A DNA stretch of 64,000 nt from Nemertoderma westbladi (taxonomy: Eukaryota; Animalia; Xenacoelomorpha): contig JAUCBJ010007966.1 of the NCBI GenBank assembly GCA_032718475.1, positions 1 through 64,000 on the forward strand, given 5' to 3'. The notes beneath the pieces were generated by a model, which worked only from the letters and a program-made list of their open reading frames with translations, did not search any database and had not been told where the DNA came from. Shown here piece by piece: positions 27,061-40,817 of the stretch (positions are counted from its first letter, which is position 1; each line of letters starts with the position of its first letter). Position numbers and translations under genes: made by a program.

Positions 27061-27619
27061 TGAAACTTGTTTAGTACAGTGCGTAACTTGTGAAAGTAGT
27101 AGCTAAATCATAGAAAAGTTAGTTGACCCAATAAAACAAACTAATGCATACAAGTTACACAATACCCGCACAACATGATTTACGCATTTTTCATCACATA
27201 TTGTCACATTAAAGGACCAGGATTGAATTCGTTTGTTTCCACGGCTTCACACCGACATGAAACTAAAAACTAACAAAACCATTTCATAAAAATAAACTAA
27301 AACAAAACCTCTCATTAGCAAACGCAGCAGTAGTATTACTATTAGAGTATTTCTTACCAAAGTTTGTTTGCAAAATGCACCCAAGACAATATCATGCAAT
27401 GCAACTTGTTTTAGAAACATGTTACATAATTCGTTGGCATCGACTTGAAGTTCCTAAATTCACTAGTAGTAGTTATGCACTAGTATTATTATGTGGGAAA
27501 TAAAGGTGAAACCCGTAAAGGTAAGGTATTACAGGTATTAAAGGCATGGCAAACGAAATAATACAAAATGTAGGTAAAATATTTACACATTAAATAATTA
27601 TTATTTATCCAAGACTTAC

Positions 27620-27694
27620 CGGCAACTTGTTTGTTTCTGATGAAAATTGGCATAGATTTCAAAACTGACATAATTATATTACAATCGCAACTCA
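27620..27694 (-). CDS. Candidate 5' coding exon of the MATCAP-like gene (ATG at 27671)
   Basis: TTTCAG acceptor and strong donor CCG|GTAAGT in phase 1. Encodes MSVLKSMPIFIRNKQVA. Confidence 0.5.
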
Positions 27695-27867
27695 CTGAAA
27701 TTCAACAGCCTACTAAATACGAAGAGTTTAATTGTTATCTTTAAATATTTAAATATTATAAATTATACAAAAATAGTTAAATATATTTATCAATATTGCA
27801 TCAATCGTTATAGAAATCGTTAAATTAAGGATGTATTATTTCGTACATATACAAAGTTATTTGTTAT

Positions 27868-29528
27868 ATTATATACACATTATATACATATTATATACAC
27901 ATTATATACATATTATATACATATTATATACACATTATATACACATTATATACACATTATATACACATTATATACATATTATATACACATTATATACACA
28001 TTATATACACATTATATACACATTATATACATATTATATACACATTATATACATATTATATACACATTATGTACACATTATATACACATTATATACACAT
28101 TATATACACATTATATACACATTATATACACATTATATACATATTATATACACATTATATACATATTATATACACATTATATACACATTATATACACATT
28201 ATATACACATTATATACACATTATATACACATTATATACACATTATATACATATTATATACATATTATATACACATTATATACATATTATATACATATTA
28301 TATACACATTATATACACATTATATACATATTATATACACATTATATACACATTATATACACATTATATACACATTATATACACATTATATACACATTAT
28401 ATACACATTATATACACATTATATACGTATTATATACACATTATATACATATTATATACATATTATATACACATTATATACATATTATATACACATTATA
28501 TACATATTATATACACATTATATACACATTATATACACATTATATACACATTATATACATATTATATACACATTATATACATATTATATACACATTATGT
28601 ACACATTATATACACATTATATACACATTATATACACATTATATACACATTATATACACATTATATACACATTATATACACATTATATACACATTATATA
28701 CACATTATATACGTATTATATACACATTATATACATATTATATACATATTATATACACATTATATACATATTATATACACATTATATACATATTATATAC
28801 ACATTATATACACATTATATACACATTATATACACATTATATACACATTATATACACATTATATACACATTATATACATATTATATACATATTATATACA
28901 CATTATATACACATTATATACACATTATATACATATTATATACACATTATGTACACATTATATACACATTATATACACATTATATACACATTATATACAC
29001 ATTATATACACATTATATACACATTATATACACATTATATACGTATTATATACACATTATATACATATTATATACATATTATATACACATTATATACATA
29101 TTATATACACATTATATACATATTATATACACATTATATACACATTATATACACATTATATACACATTATATACACATTATATACACATTATATACACAT
29201 TATATACATATTATATACATATTATATACACATTATATACACATTATATACACATTATATACACATTATATACATATTATATACACATTATATACACATT
29301 ATATACACATTATATACACATCATATACACATTATATACACATTATATACACATTATATACACATTATATACGTATTATATACACATTATATACATATTA
29401 TATACATATTATATACACATTATATACATATTATATACATATTATATACACATTATATACACATTATATACACATTATATACACATTATATACATATTAT
29501 ATACACATTATATACATATTATATACAC
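27868..29528. repeat. 11-bp tandem repeat (TATATACACAT)n, ~150 copies
   Basis: Directly visible. It produces the artefactual YTHYIHII ORFs in all three + frames. Confidence 0.98.
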
Positions 29529-29727
29529 AGGAAGTTGTTATATACTTTTATTCCTTCTACAAATTGTATTAAGTAATCCATAATGATATCTGATAAAGCG
29601 TTAAAATAATCTTAAATAATCTTAGAATCAAAAACCATCCAGCTCCAGAACTCGACGTGAGTATTCCCCACAAAGCCAGCGATTATGATCGTATTACACC
29701 ATAACCCGTAAAATAGTTTCATTGGAG

Positions 29728-29984
29728 TGAGATATAGGCGTTCTAAGATTGCATAAGAAGTATCGTTCGATGGAGGCCATTTATTCTATTTAATAAATAC
29801 ACAATGTTCTGGAACATTTTGTTAATGTATGAATAGCTACGTAATATAGATATTGTATAGGCAAACCGCTGTTGCCCACCTACTCATAAAATGAATAAAC
29901 GTTCTAGAATTTTGCCCATTTATTAAATAGAATAAATGGTCGACCGAGAACGACAATTCTTGCAATATTAACGCCTATATCTCA
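29728..29984. mobile_element. Small MITE-like inverted-repeat element
   Basis: Inverted pairs TGAGATATAGGCGTT / AACGCCTATATCTCA and CCATTTATTCTATTTAATAAAT / ATTTATTAAATAGAATAAATGG. No clear TSD. Confidence 0.65.
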
Positions 29985-30668
29985 GTTGTTTCTCTACGAA
30001 ATTCAGATAGGTGTTACATACTGTATTTCCAATCCTTACAACGCAAGCTTTCTATTGAGATAAATAAATCACGACTAATGTGAAGAATGGAGGATGCGAT
30101 TTCTCAAAGCCTTTTTTATTACGCTTATAATAAAATTTTAAAGGCAAAATCTAAAATTCCGGCTTCATGAGGACATCAACAGTGAGTTGAACTAATTGTA
30201 ATAAATTAATTGCATAAAATGAATACAAATTTCATCAATATTCCCAGACAATCCAATATTAAAATAATAAGCCAATGACATCTAGAACATAGTATTTATT
30301 AAGGACAGGGCACTGTAGTTTTTGAAGACTGGTTTGTTCTTGTTTTGGTGTATTTTAATACAGTATTTATAGAGATATTGTAGGTTTCTGATAACTTTTT
30401 TTAAGTTCTTGCTGATGCATTTTTCAACCTATTAACAATAGCTAACATGACATAGAACATTTCTAAAAAATGTAGCTAAAACGTATTTGAAACCATTTGA
30501 AACACAACAATTTGTTGATAGTGAATAATGTTTCATTTTGTTATTTTCTGATGCCTTTGGTTAAATTTATTTTCGCTTGTTTAGTTTGGTCTAATTCGTT
30601 TGTTTAATTAATTAGTTTAAATAATTAGTTTGGTAAATTTGTTATATCTTCTGTTGTTTTTGACAACC

Positions 30669-31789
30669 GGTAACTACCGGGAAGGGTAACTACTGGGATA
30701 GGTAACTACCGGGATAGGTAACTACTGGGATAGGTAACTACCGGGATAGGTAACTACTGGGATAGGTAACTACCGGGATAGGTAACTACCGGGGTAGGTA
30801 ACTACCGGGATAGGTAACTACCGGGGTAGGTAACTACCGGGATAGGTAACTACTGGGATAGGTAACTACTGGGATAGGTAACTACCGGAATAGGTAACTA
30901 CCGGGGTAGGTAACTACCGGGATAGGTAACTACCGAGGTAGGTAACTACCGGGATAGGTAACTACTGGGATAGGTAACTACCGGGATAGGTAACTACCGG
31001 GATAGGTAACTACTGGGATAGGTAACTACTGGGATAGGTAACTACTGGGATAGGTAACTACTGGGATAGGTAACTACCGGGATAGGTAACTACCGGGATA
31101 GGTAACTACTGGGATAGGTAACTACCGGGGTAGGTAACTACCGGGATAGGTAACTACCGGGGTAGGTAACTACCGAGATAGGTAACTACCGGGATAGGTA
31201 ACTACTGGGATAGGTAACTACTGGGATAGGTAACTACTGGGATAGGTAACTACTGGGATAGGTAACTACTGGGATAGGTAACTACCGGGATAGGTAACTA
31301 CCGGGATAGGTAACTACCGGGATAGGTAACTACCGGGATAGGTAACTACTGGGATAGGTAACTACTGGGATATGTAACTACTGGGATAGGTAACTACTGG
31401 GATAGGTAACTACCGGGATAGGTAACTACCGGGATAGGTAACTACTGGGATAGGTAACTACCGGGATAGGTAACTACCGGGAGAGGTAACTACCGGGGTA
31501 GGTAACTACTGGGATAGGTAACTACCGGGATAGGTAACTACCGGGATAGGTAGCTACCGGAATAGGTAACTACCGGGATAGGTAACTACCGGGATAGGTA
31601 ACTACCGGGATAGGTAACTACCGGGATAGGTAACTACCGGGATAGGTAACTACCGGGATAGGTAACTACCGGGATAGGTAACTACCGGGATAGGTAACTA
31701 CCGGGATAGGTAACTACCGGGATAGGTAACTACCGGGATAGGTAACTACCGGGGTAGGTAACTACTGGGATAGGTAACTACCGGGATAG
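30669..31789. repeat. 16-bp minisatellite (GGTAACTACYGGGATA)n, ~70 copies
   Basis: Directly visible. Flanked by degenerate inverted repeats at about 30500-30555 and 31895-31960. Confidence 0.97.
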
Positions 31790-32595
31790 CTTTTTACGTT
31801 TGCTAGTTTGTTTTAATTAATTTAACAATATAATTCCTTTCTGCACTTTTTTTAAGACACCAAATATTACAAATTACATTTTTTTAATTTGTATTAGAGG
31901 CCACAGATAGTAGCAAAATGAAGCATTAAATTATTCACTATCCAACAAATGTTTGTGTTTTAAAAATATAGCAATCATATAATATATAATATTGCCACAA
32001 TTTAATAGCTAATTATTGTACAAAAAGAAAGTAACAATTTTTTTGTCCGACTGTATAATCCGCATTTTCGAGAAATAGTTAAAGCATAATATTATTTTCG
32101 AGTCCGAAGGCCGTGTAAAAAAAGCTTTTACTATTTCGAGGAAATGCAGCTTTTTTAGTAGGTAGTGCACGGTTGCAAGGCCTTGTACTTATAGATCGCC
32201 TTGTATCAAACCAAATAATCAAATCATATAATCAAACCAAAAATTAGATTAAACTAGTTACTGAACCAAAACATCCCACAACAAAACATTTTAAATGCTA
32301 AATTTATTAATAAATACCAACGTAATTACTGATCTAGAATAAATTATTGATTGGATAAATATTTAATAATCCACATTTTTGGAAGTTTGATTGGATAATT
32401 CCTTTATTGTCCGAACTTTTGTGAACAATAAAAGGGATATTTTAAAGAATATAACTAAATTACCAAATATTTGATCACCCCAAAGCATATGTGCGAAAAA
32501 ATTATTGAATAATAACATGAGAATTTACTTAAAAAGTTACCCAGAATCTATATATTTTAATACATAGTATTAAAATACAACAAAAACACGACTGG

Positions 32596-33209
32596 AGCTA
32601 AGTGCAATGTCCTGAACAAATGATATATTCTAGCTAAGTGCAATGTCCTGAACAAATGATATATTCTAGCTAAGTGCAATGTCCTGAACAAATGATATAT
32701 TTTAGCTAAGTGCAATGTCCTGAACAAATGATATATTCTAGCTAAGTGCAATGTCCTGAACAAATGATATATTCTAGCTAAGTGCAATGTCCTGAACAAA
32801 TGATAAATTCTAGCTAAGTGCAATGTCCTGAACAAATGATATATTCTAGCTAAGTGCAATGTCCTGAACAAATGATATATTCTAGCTAAGTGCAATGTCC
32901 TGAACAAATGATATATTCTAGCTAAGTGCAATGTCCTGAACAAATGATATATTCTAGCTAAGTGCAATGTCCTGAACAAATGATATATTTTAGCTAAGTG
33001 CAATGTCCTGAACAAATGATATATTCTAGCTAAGTGCAATGTCCTGAACAAATGATATATTCTAGCTAAGTGCAATGTCCTGAACAAATGATAAATTCTA
33101 GCTAAGTGCAATGTCCTGAACAAATGATATATTCTAGCTAAGTGCAATGTCCTGAACAAATGATATATTCTAGCTAAGTGCAATGTCCTAAACAAATGAT
33201 ATATTCTAG
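32596..33209. repeat. 36-bp minisatellite (AGCTAAGTGCAATGTCCTGAACAAATGATATATTCT), ~17 copies
   Basis: Directly visible. The 12-aa periodic ORF FRTLHLARIYHL confirms the period. Confidence 0.97.
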
Positions 33210-34728
33210 AAGTCCTTGATGTAAACTACTATATTCGTTGAGATCCCCGATAAGTTGATATAATGTAACCAAATTACAAAAACATTGTATGAAAAGGGCT
33301 AATTGTGAAAGAAAAGACCCCCGTTTATTTATGTAAACCACCATCACTGCGCTCACTCGAGTCATAACGCTCTAAATCTCTGCATTATTGATGTTATTGA
33401 TTATTGGTGCAATATTGATGCATTACATATTTATCAAAAATATTTTGTTGCGAAAATATGTTATAACTTAATAGGACTTAATGTAAGTAAGATAAACCTA
33501 TCGCTGTGTCAATGTTTGTGCAATATTATTAAGATTTTGAGAATCAATTATAACGGGATTTGGGGAGGGGGGGGGGGGGGGTTGTTGCAGTTGTACTTAA
33601 ATAATGAACTATAATATGGAACAATGGTGCTGGAACCTATAAATAATTAAATAAGACAATGGAGCATAAAATATAATAAGCAAGAAATCAAACTAGGAGA
33701 ATGCCAAGAGAAAGCCATTCAGTTTATTTTGTGAGCAATGATAAGTTGTAATGTTAGTGGACAATAACTTGGCATAAACTTTTAATTAAACGTGGTTGCC
33801 AAAATGATGGATCCACATATTGTCTCCTCAGGCGTAAATTTTGACCCAGTCAAAGTTTACAATGTAACAGAAAAAATGTAACAGAGAAATAATAATTAAA
33901 ATTCAAACTTATTCTGCTCTTTATGTAAAGTGTCTGGATTTCACATTGCTCTTTAACTCCTACTTCATTTACTTTAACTCCTAATTCATTTACTTTATTT
34001 CATGTCACTTACTTTATTGCCTGGGATTTGAAGTGATACTGCATGACAGTACTGCAGCTCGAAGAGGAAGAGTCGTATCTACCGGTTCCATCTATCAATA
34101 GCAGTACCACCGTCAATAGCTGCAGAAAATGGGAGAACCTGTACCGTAACACCCGTGAGCAGGGAGTAGTGTAGGAAATCCAAATTAAAGAATAAAATTA
34201 CGTGTTACATGAAACAAATTGCTTTTTATTTCCTTTGAGACGGTGGAGGGGGGGGGGGGGGGGGGGGGGGGTGATGTCAAATTATCAGTTAATTAAGGAA
34301 AGGAGCTGGTTATAGTGGCACGTTAATCTAACCTAAAAATGAGAGTCAACAGAACAGGTTACTGTTTTATTTACGGGAGTAATCAGCTCTTATTGGCAAC
34401 GATTGCATTCAAAGCCCCTACTCCCCCCCCCCCCCCCCAAAAAAAAAAACTGACTGTAATCTTCCAAAATTTATATCTACTAAACAACCAAATTTTATCA
34501 ACTTTGACAGAGAATTAGCCATTGCTGGGATATTGACGTTCAACAACAAAGTCAGATGTTACAAGCATAACCAAGTAATATCCCCTTATTCCTAAATCAT
34601 GGGTAAAAATATACGTATCGGACTACTTAATTAGACGCAACAAACATACTTAATCTGTATTAAGTATTAAGATATATAACAATAGATATTCAATTAATTA
34701 GTCCTTCCTACATTCACATATTTAATTA

Positions 34729-37309
34729 AACACAGCTAATAGGTTACATGGCCACGTTGGTGCATGGTTTATGTAACACAGCTAATAGGTTACATGGCCA
34801 CGTTGGTGCATGGGTTATGTAACACAGCTAATAGGTTACATGGCCACGTTGGTGCATGGTTTATGTAACACAGCTAATAGGTTACATGGCCACGTTGGTG
34901 CATGGTTTATGTAACACAGCTAATAGGTTACATGGCCACGTTGGTGCATGGTTTATGTAACACAGCTAATAGGTTACATGGCCACGTTGGTGCATGGTTT
35001 ATGTAACACAGCTAATAGGTTACATGGCCACGTTGGTGCATGGTTTATGTAACACAGCTAATAGGTTACATGGCCACGTTGGTGCATGGTTTATGTAACA
35101 CAGCTAATAGGTTACATGGCCACGTTGGTGCATGGTTTATGTAACACAGCTAATAGGTTACATGGCCACGTTGGTGCATGGTTTATGTAACACAGCTAAT
35201 AGGTTACATGGCCACGTTGGTGCATGGTTTATGTAACACAGCTAATAGGTTACATGGCCACGTTGGTGCATGGTTTATGTAACACAGCTAATAGGTTACA
35301 TGGCCACGTTGGTGCATGGTTTATGTAACACAGCTAATAGGTTACATGGCCACGTTGGTGCATGGTTTATGTAACACAGCTAATAGGTTACATGGCCACG
35401 TTGGTGCATGGTTTATGTAACACAGCTAATAGGTTACATGGCCACGTTGGTGCATGGTTTATGTAACACAGCTAATAGGTTACATGGCCACGTTGGTGCA
35501 TGGTTTATGTAACACAGCTAATAGGTTACATGGCCACGTTGGTGCATGGTTTATGTAACACAGCTAATAGGTTACATGGCCACGTTGGTGCATGGTTTAT
35601 GTAACACAGCTAATAGGTTACATGGCCACGTTGGTGCATGGTTTATGTAACACAGCTAATAGGTTACATGGCCACGTTGGTGCATGGTTTATGTAACACA
35701 GCTAATAGGTTACATGGCCACGTTGGTGCATGGTTTATGTAACACAGCTAATAGGTTACATGGCCACGTTGGTGCATGGTTTATGTAACACAGCTAATAG
35801 GTTACATGGCCACGTTGGTGCATGGTTTATGTAACACAGCTAATAGGTTACATGGCCACGTTGGTGCATGGTTTATGTAACACAGCTAATAGGTTACATG
35901 GCCACGTTGGTGCATGGTTTATGTAACACAGCTAATAGGTTACATGGCCACGTTGGTGCATGGTTTATGTAACACAGCTAATAGGTTACATGGCCACGTT
36001 GGTGCATGGTTTATGTAACACAGCTAATAGGTTACATGGCCACGTTGGTGCATGGTTTATGTAACACAGCTAATAGGTTACATGGCCACGTTGGTGCATG
36101 GTTTATGTAACACAGCTAATAGGTTACATGGCCACGTTGGTGCATGGTTTATGTAACACAGCTAATAGGTTACATGGCCACGTTGGTGCATGGTTTATGT
36201 AACACAGCTAATAGGTTACATGGCCACGTTGGTGCATGGTTTATGTAACACAGCTAATAGGTTACATGGCCACGTTGGTGCATGGTTTATGTAACACAGC
36301 TAATAGGTTACATGGCCACGTTGGTGCATGGTTTATGTAACACAGCTAATAGGTTACATGGCCACGTTGGTGCATGGTTTATGTAACACAGCTAATAGGT
36401 TACATGGCCACGTTGGTGCATGGTTTATGTAACACAGCTAATAGGTTACATGGCCACGTTGGTGCATGGTTTATGTAACACAGCTAATAGGTTACATGGC
36501 CACGTTGGTGCATGGTTTATGTAACACAGCTAATAGGTTACATGGCCACGTTGGTGCATGGTTTATGTAACACAGCTAATAGGTTACATGGCCACGTTGG
36601 TGCATGGTTTATGTAACACAGCTAATAGGTTACATGGCCACGTTGGTGCATGGTTTATGTAACACAGCTAATAGGTTACATGGCCACGTTGGTGCATGGT
36701 TTATGTAACACAGCTAATAGGTTACATGGCCACGTTGGTGCATGGTTTATGTAACACAGCTAATAGGTTACATGGCCACGTTGGTGCATGGTTTATGTAA
36801 CACAGCTAATAGGTTACATGGCCACGTTGGTGCATGGTTTATGTAACACAGCTAATAGGTTACATGGCCACGTTGGTGCATGGTTTATGTAACACAGCTA
36901 ATAGGTTACATGGCCACGTTGGTGCATGGTTTATGTAACACAGCTAATAGGTTACATGGCCACGTTGGTGCATGGTTTATGTAACACAGCTAATAGGTTA
37001 CATGGCCACGTTGGTGCATGGTTTATGTAACACAGCTAATAGGTTACATGGCCACGTTGGTGCATGGTTTATGTAACACAGCTAATAGGTTACATGGCCA
37101 CGTTGGTGCATGGTTTATGTAACACAGCTAATAGGTTACATGGCCACGTTGGTGCATGGTTTATGTAACACAGCTAATAGGTTACATGGCCACGTTGGTG
37201 CATGGTTTATGTAACACAGCTAATAGGTTACATGGCCACGTTGGTGCATGGTTTATGTAACACAGCTAATAGGTTACATGGCCACGTTGGTCCATGGTTT
37301 ATGTACCAC
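34729..37309. repeat. 46-bp minisatellite (AACACAGCTAATAGGTTACATGGCCACGTTGGTGCATGGTTTATGT), ~56 near-identical copies
   Basis: Period 46 (AGGTT at 34741 and 34787). Only one internal variant (near 34813) and a divergent last copy were seen. Confidence 0.98.
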
Positions 37310-37802
37310 ATAACAAACATGCTTCCTCTTGGTTTAATTGAAGCAGAAAGAAAGCACGATAATGTGTAATAAAGTAATTTTCTTAGATTGAATTAAATAA
37401 ATAAACATACATTAATAATACTGTATTGAATGAGTAATGAAGGTGTTGTTATTCGTAAGATTGTGTTTGGTGTGTGTAGTGTAGCAACACATATAGATTA
37501 GTTGTCATCATACAATTTCCAATTTATTGTTTATGAGATTTCCCACGAAACACGCGCCATGTCGTTAATGACACTGCCACTCCATTACGAAATAATTAAT
37601 GGATCTACTATACCATCACTCCATTGGTCAGGTTGAATTCATTATAATGTTGTTAAAGCAGAGAGGGGTTAACTTCACACCTACATATAAGTGAGAGAAT
37701 CGAATGGACCTGCATGGTTGTGCTTCTTGTGCTGAAACCCGGCAACCTCCCTAAATATTAGATACCCACAGGGTAAGGAAGTGGAAGAAAGCCGGAAAAC
37801 GG

Positions 37803-40015
37803 CGGACATTAGATCCCGGGGGACATTAGATCCCGCGGGACATTAGATCCCGCGGGACATTAATTCCCGACTACTACTACGATCGGCATGCTGCATTGCA
37901 GCTGCATTATATATATATATTACATATATATTAAAAATGCTGTGCCGGCTTGTCGACAAAATAGCGCCGCCACAACTCCCTATCACCCATGACATTTGCT
38001 AGATCATCAGCATCTTCAAGGCCAGTGTCCTTTAAGATGCGTCTCAAGAAAGTCATGGGCTGCCCACCCTGCTTATTCACTCCACGAGGCCGCCAAAGCA
38101 CAATATTATGCACTGGCTGGTCTTCACGGCGAAAGTAATGTCCTGCAAAGCGGAGGAGGCTTTGTTCTAGTGTCAAGCTTGGTGGAACCAATGAGACACC
38201 TCCAATGTTATATAGTGTCTGGTTGGAGATGTGTGCATTGTACTTTACACAGTGAACCCGGCGTAACATTCTTGTAAATGTGCCATCCAGAGATTTGGTG
38301 TCCTCAGCAGTTAGAGCCCAGCATTGACTCCCAGCTGTTCTAAATAATCGGACCATAAGTTTCCGATTAATTCTGCGTGACTTCCTAATCCTGGAAAGCC
38401 CATTCAAGGCTGCCCATGCCTATCCCTTACGTATTCGAAGGTCCTCACCTGACTTCCGGATCCATGATTCCAGGTAACATAAGTCGTCCACATGCTCAAG
38501 CATACCATCCTTTAAGCTTATGCTCATCCGGTGCAAGGACTTGCTTGGTTGCTGAGGACTTTCAAAGTTAACTGTCAAAATTTTGGTCTTTTTGGGTTAA
38601 CAAAAAGACCAACACTAGATGCAACCTGTTCTAATAAGCTGAGGAGCCGTTGGGCTTCCTCTAGTGATACTAGATCCCACAGGACATTAGATCGCGACGG
38701 TACTAGATCCCGGGGGACATTAGATCCCGACGGTACTAGATCCCGGGGGACATTAGATCCCGACGGTACTAGATCCCGCGGGACATTAGATCGCGACGGT
38801 ACTAGATCCCACAGGACATTAGATCGCGACGGTACTAGATCCCGGGGGACATTAGATCCCGACGGTACTAGATCCCACAGGACATTAGATCGCGACGGTA
38901 CTAGATCCCAACGGGACTTTCAATTCCGGAGGACATTAGATCCCGACGGTACTAGATCCCGGGGGACATTAGATCCCGACGGTACTAGATCCCGCGGGAC
39001 ATTAGATCGCGACGGTACTAGATCCCACAGGACATTAGATCGCGACGGTACTAGATCCCAACGGGACTTTCAATTCCGGAGGACATTAGATCCCGACGGT
39101 ACTAGATCCCGGGGGACATTAGATCCCGAGGGTACTAGATCCCGCGGGACATTAGATCGCGACGGTACTAGATCCCGCGGGACATTAGATCCCGACGGTA
39201 CTAGATCCCGCGGGACATTAGATCGCGACGGTACTAGATCCCACAGGACATTAGATCGCGACGGTACTAGATCCCACAGGACATTAGATCGCGACGGTAC
39301 TAGATCCCAACGGGACTTTCAATTCCGGAGGACATTAGATCCCGACGGTACTAGATCCCGGGGGACATTAGATCCCGACGGTACTAGATCCCGCGGGACA
39401 TTAGATCGCGACGGTACTAGATCCCACAGGACATTAGATCGCGACGGTACTAGATCCCAACGGGACTTTCAATTCCGGAGGACATTAGATCCCGACGGTA
39501 CTAGATCCCGGGGGACATTAGATCCCGAGGGTACTAGATCCCGCGGGACATTAGATCGCGACGGTACTAGATCCCGCGGGACATTAGATCGCGACGGTAC
39601 TAGATCCCAACGGGACTTTCAATTCCGGAGGACATTAGATCCCGACGGTACTAGATCCCGGGGGACATTAGATCCCGAGGGTACTAGATCCCGCGGGACA
39701 TTAGATCGCGACGGTACTAGATCCCAACGGGACTTTCAATTCCGGAGGACATTAGATCCCGACGGTACTAGATCCCGGGGGACATTAGATCCCGAGGGTA
39801 CTAGATCCCGCGGGACATTAGATCGCGACGGTACTAGATCCCAACGGGACTTTCAATTCCGGAGGACATTAGATCCCGACGGTACTAGATCCCGCGGGAC
39901 ATTAGATCGCGACGGTACTAGATCCCAACGGGACTTTCAATTCCCGGGGACATTAGATCCCGACGGGACTTTCAATTCCCGGGGACATTAGATCCCGACG
40001 GTACTAGATCCCGGG
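37803..40015. repeat. CpG-rich satellite of 16/17-bp subunits (GGACATTAGATCCCG / GGTACTAGATCCCG / GGACTTTCAATTCCG); main block 38668-40015, short block 37803-37871, split by the RTE
   Basis: Directly visible. The 33-bp dimer translates as GTLDPDGTRSR, and the same subunit lies on both sides of the LINE. Confidence 0.93.
37871..38668 (-). mobile_element. 5'-truncated RTE-clade LINE inserted in the GGACATTAGATCCCG satellite
   Basis: ORF 37931-38407 (RKLMVRLFR...WALTAEDTKSLDGTFTRMLRRV...LRFAGH...MGDRELWR) is a typical RTE C-terminus. The 3' UTR is shared with the copy at 49022. Short (TAG)n tail. Confidence 0.9.
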
Positions 40016-40817
40016 CCCAAGCTTGGCCTCGATTACAACTCACCGATACTTCGTACAACACATTCTAAAGAAATATCTCTCCACACAACTGCCAATAAAA
40101 GACGCTTTTACAAACTTTTACATTGGTGATATCTTGAATAAAGAGAATCCTTATACATTTAAATACAGAAAGAAGCGATATTGGATTTGATGCGGTTGAG
40201 CTGGGATCATACTTAGCGATAAATGTAGCATTAGCTTAGCTTTTAGCTGAATAATAACTGATGTCTTGTTGTACACTTCATGAGTATATTTTAGACTTTT
40301 ATCAGTGCATCTGTACGACCATTTTATTATCATTCTTAAATCAATCATAGCCACCGGGACGTAAGCCGGGAATGAAATATAATATGAAATATTATCATAT
40401 TTTACATATTATAATATGAAAATATGAAATATAACTAATAAGTGGAAGTTGAATCTCATGGAGGCCATTATTTCAATCCCATATGAGAAGTGAGAGAAGT
40501 GAGATATGATTTCCCCTTTGAGATTCGATGTTGGATTGTTTAAAGTCTGAAAGGTTTACAGTTAATGTTAAAACTAAATTATTTTTATAATGTATAGAAA
40601 AATGATTATAATCCAGAAAGTATCATTACAATAACCACATTTTTTAAGTTATAGAAAAGAAAAGACGTAACATAAAATTGACCTGTGAAAATGTATAACG
40701 AAATGTATTCAAAATTATGATTATAATTTAATACACCAAATATAAATGTTTAGAGAGAAAATCGACACTTGAGAAAAATAAACAATAAATAATTGATCAT
40801 TACCAAAAATATCTTTA

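Noticed and set aside
27831-29583. Long Y/T/H/I-rich ORFs (581, 504, 207 aa)
   Set aside because: These are translations of a stop-free 11-bp repeat in all three frames.
32557-33195. 212-aa FRTLHLARIYHL ORF
   Set aside because: It is a translation of the 36-bp minisatellite with no unique domain.
33561-34450. Poly-G/poly-C runs as functional elements
   Set aside because: They are simple homopolymers with unreliable lengths and no supporting context.
38531-39991. 486-aa GTLDPDGTRSR repeat protein
   Set aside because: It starts in antisense RTE sequence and runs through a satellite whose units sum to multiples of 3. There is no other sign of coding.
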